A stretch of 64,000 bases of DNA. It comes from Octopus vulgaris. Its lineage: Eukaryota. Made by a program: the position numbers and the translations under genes. The notes beneath the pieces were generated by a model, which saw only the letters and a list, made by a program, of their open reading frames with translations, was not told the DNA's origin and made no database searches. The DNA is taken from NCBI GenBank assembly GCA_951406725.2, contig OX597829.1, positions 26,102,001 through 26,166,000 of the forward strand, given 5' to 3'. Numbering within the stretch: position 1 is the first letter of the stretch; every line of letters starts with the position of its first letter. Below, in pieces: positions 52,640-64,000 of this stretch.

Positions 52640-53179
52640 TCTAACCTTATGATATAAGCAGTGTCATTTAATTCCAATATTCTACAAGAACATCAGCAAT
52701 AGAGAGACTAATGCAAGCATTTCTTAGAGTGAAATCAGTTTAAGAAGTGCTTTTAGTGCTTTTACTTAGTCCACGAATCGACTTCCACTATATATATATA
52801 TATATATATATGTAAATAAATAATATATATATTGTTTTTATAGGTGGGTGCCTAAGCATGGTTATGTGTTGACATTTTCATGACTCTCCTAACTCATCAT
52901 CATAGCAGATCAGATCTTTACAAAGATTATTTGATTACTTTTTAAATTTCCACTAAATTTTCTTATCTACACAATATCATATGAAAATTAAAAATAAATG
53001 TATCAAGGGGTAACAAATGAATAAATATATATAAATACTTGGCACTTTTGAATAAGTCTTTTAGTCTAGCTGTCCCTATACTTTTATCTGTCTGAGCTGA
53101 TCTAGTTAAATGTATGTCCAGTTGTCTAATTTATATATTTTGCTTGTATCCCTATGTATGCACCTATAAATGAGCACTG

Positions 53180-53229
<50 letters not shown>

Positions 53230-53341
53230 TTAGAGATAAAACCACTATTATGCAACTGAAACAGTGATAGACATAAACCAAAACATAAATACTAAATTGA
53301 ATTTTTCCCTGTAAGTTTGGAGTTATACTCCCTAATATTAT

Positions 53342-53374
<33 letters not shown>

Positions 53375-53598
53375 CACCCAGTATATCTTTGCCCAGGGTT
53401 TTTCACCCTTAACCCATATATTATCATATATATAGTCCTTAATGTAACCAGCTCTAGATATTTAACTGCTTTGCAAAATATTATTGTTTTGCACAAACAC
53501 TCAGCTCTGAGTACAGTGCTTGTAATAGCAGAAACAGCTGTAAGTTAATGGAGATGATTATGCAACTTTTGTTCTTTTGCTGGTCATTAGATTCCATA

Positions 53599-53990
53599 GA
53601 GGAGGCGCAATGGCCCAGTGGTTAGGGCAGCGGACTCGCGGTCATAGGATCGCGGTTTCGATTCCCAGACCGGGCGTTGTGAGTGTTTATTGAGCGAAAA
53701 CACATAAAGCTCCACGAGGCTCCGGTAGGGGATGGTGGTGATCCCTGCTGTACTCTTTCACCACAACTTTCTCTCACTCTTATTTCCTGTTTCTGTTGTA
53801 CCTGTATTTCAAAGGGCCGGCCTTGTCACTCTCTGTGTCACGCTGAATATCCCCGAGAACTACGTTAAGGGTACACGTGTCTGTGGAGTGCTCAGCCACT
53901 TACACGTTAATTTCACGAGCAGGCTGTTCCGTTGATTCGGATTAACCGGGACCCTCGTTGTCGTAACCGACGGAGTGCTTCCATCCATCC
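53599..53990 (+). mobile_element. Full-length tRNA-derived SINE
   Basis: A box TGGCCCAGTGG, B box GGTTTCGATTCCC, (CCAT)n tail and 10-bp TSD AGATTCCATA. Confidence 0.9.
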
Positions 53991-54952
53991 AGATTCCATA
54001 AACACCTGATGCTTTATTCTAAAGCATATATACGTTATGTTAGGTTGTAAAAAAATGATTATTAGTATTGCAAAGTATGTAAGCGTATGTATGTATGAGT
54101 TTTTGTGCACCCTTGCCCAAACAACACATGATGTTTCAAGACTTCCTCAAAAAAGAAAAGAAAAGAATGTCTAGCTATACGTGAAGATTGACAAGAAGGG
54201 CATCTTATCCTACAAATGTGGAATAGTGGATGTTAAATGCTGATTGTGTGTGTGTGTGTATAATGTCATTGATACCATCATTTAATGTTCATATTCCATG
54301 CTGGCAAGTTAAAGGATTTGACAGGATCTGACACATTTGAAGACTGCATCATGCATCAATATCTGCTTTGGCAAGGTTACTAAAGGCTGGATGACCTTGC
54401 TAGACCAAATCACTTTAAAGAGTGCACTGGGTGACTTTTACAGGGCACCAGCACTAGTGAGGTTGCTATGCAACTTGCAAAACTAAGATCCCCATCAATT
54501 GAGTGGGGCTACAAAATCACACACACACACACACACACGTATACTAGACTGTATAGTTGAGAAGCTCATTTCTCAATCACACAGTTACAAGTTCAGTCCT
54601 TGGGCAAGTAATTTCAACAAGTCTAGAGACTGGGTTTGGTAACTACAACCTGAAAGTACATTTCATATTTATATATATATATATATATAATTACATACAA
54701 ACACACACATATATACGTGTGTGTGCACATGCACACATATTTCTCAAAGCCTTCTCACATGTGAAAATTATTGATGATCATGATCATCGTACAAGTGATG
54801 TCATTCATTTCCAGTCCCTGTGAAAAATATGTCAGGCAACAGGAAAATATTAACTTGCTTGGAAACAGGTGAGGGTTGTTGAGAGGAAGGATGTAGAAAA
54901 TCTACCTCAATAAAGTGATGACCACAAACATGTACATTAAAGGATACATATA

Positions 54953-54991
<39 letters not shown>

Positions 54992-55035
54992 TCATCATCA
55001 TATATATATGCATACATATATATATATATATATAC

Positions 55036-55070
<35 letters not shown>

Positions 55071-55567
55071 ATTAGAACAAGACAATTCGGTGCAGTTATT
55101 TGGACACAGATGATTTAGCACCAATTACTGGACAATCAGTTGGTTTTGGTAACAGTATTTTTGGGTACCGGAGGCAAAAAACACAGACACACATATGTAC
55201 ACAGGTGCAGACATACACACATACATGTAGAAAAAGAGTAAGAAAAAAAAGGGAGAGAGAAAGAGAAAGAGAAAAAGAGAGAGAAACATTAAAATGCCTG
55301 ATGTTAAATAGTCAGCATTGAATCAGCAGTGGCAAAAAAAAAAAAAAAAATCTCATGTCACATATGTATGTATGTATGTATGTTTGCATGCATAGGATTG
55401 CTAGAACAAACAAGACTCCATGCATGAAATATAGACTTTCAATCAATTTCAATCAGCAGAAGTTACAAAATGAATGAAAGGCTAAGAATTTCATGCCATG
55501 CAAGAAACTGTTGGCCCTTGGGCCACTTTGTAACTCAAATAATAACAATGTGTATGCATGAATATAC

Positions 55568-55622
<55 letters not shown>

Positions 55623-55627
<5 letters not shown>

Positions 55628-56395
55628 GGGACAATGAGTAAATTGTCACCATTTCATACTTTCAATTTCGTACGTGTGCATTGTTGTTTTTGATTTTGTT
55701 GGCTACACAGTATAGTAGGGTCAGTTGGGCACCATCTGTAAGAAAAACAGCACCATGATGCAATTCACTCTGCTAGAAATTCGGAAATGACAAGCAGTAT
55801 TGTTTGGCATTCGCACTAGAAACTCCAATACGAACATTTCAGAGTGTTTGGGTGTCAATCTGAGAACATGTACTGAGAGTGATAAAAATCAAACATCCAG
55901 TCAGTATCAATGCTGTTTGGAGTGATCACTAGTAATGGCAACATTATGCCTCTATTCATCTTCTCACATGGCCTCAGACTCAATACTGAGGCCAACATCA
56001 AATACCTGGAGGAGGTAGTGCTGCCATAAGTCAAGAGGGTGGCTGCTGGAAGACCCTATGTCTGGCAACAGGACTGTATCATGCCACACAAGCAGGAGAA
56101 CACAGTCATGGCTGCCAGACAATTTATGCAACCACATCACCCCTAACATCTGGCCACTTAACTCCCCAGACTGCAGCCCCCTTGATTATTATGTGTGGGG
56201 TGCAAGTGAGTGAGAAATCAGCAAAACTCCTTGTAACACCAAAGATGAACTGAAGGCAAGGATTATGGCAACATTCACCAACTTAAACAAAGAGACCATT
56301 CAAAAGAGTTATAAGAGATTCCTAAGTCATCTGGAAGCCGTGGTTAAAGCCAATGGCAATTTTATTAAATAAATTTACTCTTTAGTATTTCAAGA
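55623..56395 (+). mobile_element. Decayed, internally deleted Tc1/mariner-superfamily (maT-like) transposon
   Basis: 'YVWQQD..CHTSRRTQSWL', 'IWPLNSPDCSPLDYYVWG' and 'RFLSHLEAVVKANGNFIK*'. Starts TACAGGGG. Confidence 0.8.
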
Positions 56396-57043
56396 AGGAA
56401 ATAAATTTAATATGTTTCACCAAACACTTATTGAAAGATATTTTGAAATGGTTTTATGCAAAGGGGAATGTACGATTCTATACAAGTAAATGCAATGTTG
56501 TGCAAGTACACTAGAAAAAAATGTAGGAAACCATAAATTCATCATAAATAAGCTACATACCTTAGCATTATCTTCTTTCCAATCGGTCGAGAGAATTACC
56601 ATACAAGATGTAAAACTCATAGTTTTGGCTAATATGCTCTGTGAAACAGCATTTGGCCAAAAGAGTGGATGAAAGTTTTTCCCTTCATTTCATTTTCCCA
56701 GGAAAATTTTTATTTAAATAATTGAAGAAAAAAAAATGTTTCTTTAATGTAACATAATCATTAAATAATGTAAGACACATATCAGGGGTGGGTTATGAGT
56801 GCTGGGGAAGGAAGTATGTAATAATGTAACCTCACCATTTCACTGCTGGCAAACTGATATTATAGCTTGTTTTCAATGTCTCATTGTGTCCAGCAGACTT
56901 ATGCTTATTCCTCTCTTTAGTCTACAACACTCATTCCTCCACTTGTAACAGAGTTATGTTAGACACAGAGAAAATCGTTTTATACATGGAAATAAAAGCA
57001 TGCCTTATATGCCAGCAAATATAGTATGAGTGTGTGTCCATGT

Positions 57044-57074
<31 letters not shown>

Positions 57075-57864
57075 TCATCCTTATCATAATTTAATGACCA
57101 GTTTCCCGAGCTTGCCGCTGGCCTAAGTCAGACAGACTTTGTTGAGGCAGATTTTCAACAACTGGATGCCCTTACTGTTTCTAAGCAAGATAATATTTTC
57201 CCATGGTCAGGCATGTCTTCAATGGAAAACTGGAAATGAACAACACTGCTTGTAAGATAGTGATACTTATTTACAACCATTATGTGATATCAAGACAAAG
57301 GTAGAAACACACACACACACAATATGCTTCTTTCAGTTTCCGTCATTGAAATACACTCACATGGTGGTCAACATGGGACTATAGTAGAAAGCCCAAGATG
57401 CCACATAGTGGAACTGAATCCAACAACACATGGCCGGGAAGCAAGTTTATCAACCACACAGCCATGCCTGCACCTATATACATCTAGGCGTATGGGCATG
57501 GTTGTTAGATTATTGGTTAGAACACCTTATGTAATTTTCTCTGAATCTCCAAACTCTGAGTTCAAATTCTACTAAGATAAACCTCTCATGATATCAGGGT
57601 GGATAAAATAAGTACTGGACAATGGCTGTGGAACGGCAGAATTGTTTTAGCATCAGATGGGATATTTAGAGGAATTTTTTCCGGTACTTTTACATTCTGA
57701 GTTTAAATCCTGCCTCGTCACCAAGAAATGGTGACTTTTCAGTTAGGAGTTGCAAGAGACAGTATTAAAAATTTGAAAAACCAAAATGGAGACAAGTGTG
57801 TGTATGTGTGTGTCTGCGCACACGTATAAACACACATCACACACACACATACATACACATATAC

Positions 57865-57923
<59 letters not shown>

Positions 57924-58069
57924 TAGATATCTTCCTTTCTGCTTACATCACATCCCATTTTTTTCCATTTTCTGATATGAAAAAAACCCCAATGAAATCA
58001 CATGAATCTACAAAACCTTCTACAGAAAAAGACACATATCTTAAAATATTTCACTAATGTGGCTTTTTT

Positions 58070-58311
58070 TTTATACACACACATACATATAAATGTACGT
58101 ATTATGTATATTTACATACACACACGCACATATATATATATACACAAATATATATGCATATACACATATTTATGCAAATATATATACATATATACACACA
58201 CACACAAATACACATACACGTATATACATACACACACATAAACATATATATATATATATATACATACATACATATATACACATATACTCATAAACGCACA
58301 CACACACATAT

Positions 58312-58356
<45 letters not shown>

Positions 58357-58622
58357 TACATACACAAGTAAAAATTATACATAAATAACATACATACAAA
58401 ATTACAAATATATATATCCATACATCTATAGGCACATACACACACACAATGTATATTGCATATTATATATATATATATATGTATACATACATATATATAT
58501 ATATATGTATATATATATGTATACATATATATATATGTATATATATATAAATGTATATATACATATATATATATGTATACATATATATATATGTATATAT
58601 ATGTATATATACATACATATAC

Positions 58623-58656
<34 letters not shown>

Positions 58657-58754
58657 GTATATATACATACATATACATATATATATACATATATATACAT
58701 ACATATATACATATATATATACATATATATACATATATATATACATATATATAC

Positions 58755-58785
<31 letters not shown>

Positions 58786-58822
58786 CATATATATATATAC
58801 ATATATATATATACATATATAT

Positions 58823-58869
<47 letters not shown>

Positions 58870-58966
58870 TATATACATATATATATATACATATATATAT
58901 ACATACATATATATATACATACATATACATATACATACATATATATATACATACATATACATATAC

Positions 58967-58997
<31 letters not shown>

Positions 58998-59280
58998 CAT
59001 ATACATATATATATACATATACATATATATATATACATATACATGCATATACATATATATATACATATACATATATATATACATATACATACATATACAT
59101 ATATATACATATACATATATATACATATACATACATATACATATATATATACATATATATATACATATACATATATACATATACATATATACATATACAT
59201 ACATATATACATATATACATATAAACATACATATATACATATATATATACATATATATATATACATATATATATATATTA
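58070..59280. repeat. ~1.2-kb (TA)/(TACA)/(CATATA) microsatellite block
   Basis: Direct inspection. Confidence 0.95.
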
Positions 59281-59498
59281 TATGAGTGAATATTATTCCA
59301 AACTTATAGGGAAAAATTCAATTTAGAAATACTAAATCAAATTTCACAAAATATAATATATATATATTATATAATTCAATAATGAAAAATTTAATTTTTC
59401 ATTATTGAATTGATAAAAGGTGTTTTTTTTCTAATTTATATATATATATAGATAGATATGTAATGTACTATACACATATATAAACATACATGCCTGTA

Positions 59499-59572
<74 letters not shown>

Positions 59573-59661
59573 AACATACACTCAGATACATATACCCACA
59601 CACCTGAAAATACATAAAATCCCACCATATTTAAAATATATTCCAAATATTCTTAGCATAT

Positions 59662-59808
59662 TTATGCAAAATTTGTGTGCTGTGTAGCAGTCAGCAGCTC
59701 TGTGAACGCAGTTTCGAAGCTCTGTTTTAACTCTGCATAAGATACCACCAACATCGTCTGTTCGTCCCTGGACATCAAGGTCACCTTGTCCATCACACCT
59801 GCATCGAG
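59662..59808 (-). CDS. PAN3: PAN2-PAN3 deadenylation complex subunit PAN3, last coding exon
   Basis: Acceptor ttcttttcacag| followed by LDAGVMDKVTLMSRDEQTMLVVSYAELKQSFETAFTELLTATQHTNFA*. This matches the metazoan PAN3 C-terminal knob (LDAG..EK..L.SRDE...LVV.Y..LK..FE..F.EL). Confidence 0.93.
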   Translation of the reverse strand, partial: LDAGVMDKVTLMSRDEQTMLVVSYAELKQSFETAFTELLTATQHTNFA

Positions 59809-60674
59809 CTGTGAAAAGAATTAAAGAAAAAGATGGGTGTTTAGTTTTTGAAGTTTAATGTGTGAGGTGTGTGTAAGTTCATATGTTGGTATATGTGAAT
59901 GAATGAATGTACATGTAAAAATAAACACATATCACCACTATTATTCCTATCATTACTTCACATCCACTCTTCCATGCTTGCATTGGTTGGACAAAATTTG
60001 TTGAGGAGGATTTTGAATGACTGGATGCCTTTCCTGCCTCCAACCCTCGCCTATTTCCAAGTAAGGCAATATCTCCCCATGGCTAGACAGATTTTGTCTG
60101 GAAACTGAAGAACACTACTCATATAATGATGACCACTTGCTCACCACTATGACATGATGACAAGGAAAGGAAACTGTAATGCACACACAAATATGCAGAC
60201 ATCTATAACACACACACAGACACACACGCGACAAGCTTCTTTCGGTTTCTGTCAACCAAATCCATCCACAAAGCGTTGGTCAGCCTGGAACTATAGAAGA
60301 AGACAATTGCCTACGATGACACATGGTAGAACTGAACTTGGAAACATGTGGTTGGGAAGCAGACTTCTTGCCATGCAGCCACACTTGCGCCATGTGTATG
60401 TGTGTGTGTGTGTATCTAATATAGGATAAAAATTTTCGAAAAAATTTTATCAATGGCCAGCATATTAAAAAATACCTGTGTGTGCGTGTGTGTGTATATA
60501 TATATAAACACACACATATACATTGAACAGTAAGAATGAGTGCACAACACAGCATTGGTGGATAAATATTCTTCATTTCGGAGTAAACAGAGCTACAAAT
60601 GGTTCCATGTAGAGAGAAATCTCTCAATAATTATCAACACGGCATTATAAACAAACATCAAAGTGATGAGCAAG

Positions 60675-61061
60675 TTGGTATTTTTATTTTAGATATTAAG
60701 GAAATCTGAAATGCAGGCAAATAGCTGTGAAAGCAGCTTAGAAGATAGGGTAATAATACCCTTAAAAAATGGAAAAAAAAAGTGGCTACCAAGCCCACTA
60801 GAGAAAATCAAACAACGTACATCTCAAAATTTGGTTGAGCACTCTGTACCTTTAAGTTAAATGACCCGTGACAACAGATACTATTTTTTATAATGCTAAA
60901 TATTAACTTTTGGAATGTGAGAACATATAAAGAAACATTAAAGTGTTGAGTGAACTGGTATTTTTATTTTAGAAATAAAGGAAAGCTCAAATACAGGAGA
61001 ATAGCTGATAAAACAACTTAGAAGACTGAGTAAAAATACCCTGATAAGACAGAAAAAGTGG
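60675..61061 (+). repeat. Diverged direct duplication with ~280-bp spacing inside the PAN3 intron
   Basis: 60675-60785 resembles 60955-61061 (TGGTATTTTTATTTTAGA...CTTAGAAGA...AATACCCT...AAAAAGTGG). Confidence 0.6.
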
Positions 61062-63336
61062 GGATACAGTTCACATTGTATTCCTCCTGCTGTCTCTCAT
61101 CACCTTCTCTCTCCTCTATGACCCATTCCTATTCCCTTGACTTCACTCTACTCGCATCTGATATTTACTGTGCCCACATGTCACATTCTATCCACACTTT
61201 CGCAACCTTACATACCAACTTTTTCTATCTTTTATCCTTATTCTCTTTCTCACATTTATGTCGAGGATATGCTCTCATCATCATTCTCTTTCTAGCTGGG
61301 ACTGGAGAGCCTCTTTAGCAAGATACTTGACCCTGTTCCTCTATCATACTTTCCACATTACATGCTTTAGCTGAGGGTCTTGTCTTGCAAATTCTTGGTG
61401 ATTTCACCAGTGCTGATGCCATGAAAAAGTACACTTTGTGAAATGGTAGGCATTAGGGAGGGCATCCACATGTATAAACCATGCCAAAGCAAACATTGGA
61501 GCTTGGTACAGCCCTCTGGCTCATTGTTTACTGTCAAACCATCCTATCTATACCACTATGGAAAAAGGCATGTTAAATGATGACATGCTGAAATGGTGTG
61601 TACATATATAATTACACATGTGCAAATGACCTTCACCTGTAATTAACAAAAAAAAAATCAATGAGCCAAAGCACTGCCTAGAGCAGCACCCCTTCTCAAG
61701 GGCAATAACTACACAAGAGTCAGAAAACAGTACCTCCGGAACTGCATGAGGTCTCTTATTAATCAACAAGCCACTGAGGAAGATTGGGCTAATTGGAAAA
61801 ATTAGACACAATCCCAAGATCTATACTATCACAAAAAAAAAAAAGCATAGAACTATCTTTTCAGTCATAAGCCACTGACTCATCTATTGATCAATGAATA
61901 CTAATACTTTTATAAATTCTATAACGTTTGAGACAATACTTATTTCCAAGGCACAGGGTTGGCTGTATGGCTAAGAAGACCACTTCCCAACCACAGGGCT
62001 TTGGGTTCAATCCCACTGTGTGATAACTTAGGCCAGTGTTTTTTTTTACTCTATGTGTGTGGCACAGCTGTATAGTTAAGAATTTTGTTTCCCAAACACA
62101 TGGTTTTAGGTTTATTTTAACTGTGTGGCATCAAGCAAGTGCCTTCTACTATAGCTCTGGGCTGAACTGAAGCCTTTGAGCGGGTTTGGTAGAAGGGAAC
62201 TGAAAGAAGCCTGTTGTGTATATATATATATATATACATACACACATACCCATCTATCATTATTTTCATGTTCAACTTCTCATGCTTGCATGTGTCAGTT
62301 AAGAGTTTATCGAGGTGGATTTTCACTAACTCACTTTCCAAGGTAATACTTCCCCATAGCCAGATATATTTTCAGAGAATATTGGAAATGAATGACACTG
62401 TTTTTATGACGGTGACACTGACTTACAACTATCATGCAACATCAAACAAGATACAAACATACAAGCACACACAGAGTTTCAGTTGAATTTTTACATGACT
62501 CTTCTTCAACATATGTTCTGACTAGCTTGCTTGTTGTTTTCACTTTTTATCAATATTTTCTGTCTGGAAAGACCTTTAATTCACTTACATCGGAAATGTA
62601 AGTGAATTTTTATGAGCTAAGGGGATACTTACTAGTTAATTAATCAGTTATTATTTATTTTTGTGGTAAATGCAGCAAGTGTGAAAGATGGTAAATCAAA
62701 TGCAAGGACAAACCTACTAATACTAATAATAATGCATGTAAATCTGCCAACTGTTGGGAAACTGCCCCACAATCTTTCTTATCCCTCACAGGTGTGGACA
62801 CATTCATACAAATATGAACCAATCACTAAACCACCTTCCCACTAATGATACACCCTGACTTCTATGATACTCCGAAACTTTAGGGCTGCAACAATTAACG
62901 CAGGCAGATAAAAGGTAGGGCTGATGGGATTGTGGAAATGCAGGGGCAGAGACAAGTGGATGTATGCCATTTAGAAGAGTTAAGGTGAAACACATCCCCA
63001 GCTAAAAACCTCGTAAGTGAAAGATGGACGTACAAATTCTTCTGGGTGTGCAACAGTGGGAAATGAATAGAAAAAATGAATTGAGGTAGTCAGAGTTTGT
63101 GACAGAATAATCAAGATGAGACTAGTGATAGGCATCTCAACAAACAACAGTTACCTCAGCACATGCTTCAAATATAGGTTTAACGGAAGTACAGAAGGAT
63201 CATTTCTAAGAGATCTTCCTGCAGACAATTGGTAGTGACTTCATTATCATATCTGACAACATGCTAATGGTGTCCAGGACACCCATGGTCATAGTCCAAT
63301 GACTGAAACAAGTAAAAGATATATGTACAGACATAC

Positions 63337-63475
63337 CTTGTTTAATGAGTCCACGATATGTGCCATATCTACCCATGGTGTGCCATGTTCATCAACTTGG
63401 TGGAAGATGTAGTCACGGAAGAGTTTTAACATGTATCGATCTCCTGTTTCTGACCAGGAAGCATCAATTGAGAAT
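63337..63475 (-). CDS. PAN3: PAN3 penultimate coding exon
   Basis: ttcattacag|[47 protein letters not shown]|gtatgt. Contains the hallmark PAN3 motif [18 protein letters not shown] and splices in frame to the last exon. Confidence 0.95.
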
Positions 63476-64000
63476 CTGTAATGAAAAAGATTAATGACTT
63501 TGAATTATAATAACAAGTAAGTATAATACATATGCTTTTCAAAATATACACTGTATTTGTAAGAGTATAAAATGCATTTTTTAAATATTTTTAAACATAT
63601 CAAAAAATTTGCCCTTCTCTCATATTTGTTACTAATAATATGATATTGAAAACAAGCCAAAATATGAGTCTGCTACCATAAATTTACAAAAAATTACTCA
63701 CAATATGTCAGTAGCTATGTGAAAAAGTCATGCCATCTCATACCTCCTTCTTCACCATACATAACCATACTTGATATGACTTACATTATTTAATGTCTGT
63801 GCTACATTAAAGAAACATTTTTTTTAAACATCTAATTGAAAAATTCTCCTAGAAAGATGAAAGAAATGTTAAACTTTCATCCACCTGTCAGCTATAAGTA
63901 GATAACAACAATATCATAGTGGTGGCACATCACCCTGGTGATTAAATGAAGTTACATAAATATTATAGCTAGAAATATTAATTTCACATAGAGTATAACA

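Noticed and set aside
53599-53676. Bona fide tRNA gene
   Set aside because: The tRNA-like head continues into a SINE body with a tail and TSD; the acceptor stem is poor.
58002-59289. Long YI/MY/HT-rich ORFs (also at 6.0-6.4, 10.8-11.7, 22.3-22.7 and 27.7-28.3 kb)
   Set aside because: These are translations of microsatellites, not genes.

Overview
Repeat-dominated eukaryotic DNA. The landscape of (TA)n/(TACA)n microsatellites, tRNA-SINEs and Penelope-type repeats resembles a coleoid cephalopod (octopus-like) genome; this is an inference. The only host gene I can identify is PAN3, whose last two coding exons lie on the minus strand (63337-63475 and 59662-59808). The left end holds a near-complete L1/Tx1-clade retrotransposon (291-5628) with a CCHC ORF1, an APE-RT-Zn ORF2 carrying two in-frame TGA stops, and a 20-bp target-site duplication (TSD). 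It sits inside a ~340-350 bp hairpin-rich repeat. The duplicated target is the 5' arm of the extended stem I of a type I hammerhead ribozyme (5636-5706), so this may be a Tx1 family that targets hammerhead (retrozyme/Penelope pLTR-like) repeats. About ten hammerhead-like motifs occur in the window, several with non-canonical cores and some inside small foldback elements. The rest is decayed Penelope, R4/Dong, RTE and CR1 LINEs, mariner/Tc1/pogo/piggyBac/MULE-like DNA elements, a Helitron, candidate solo LTRs and several SINE families. Most entries in the ORF track are microsatellite artefacts.
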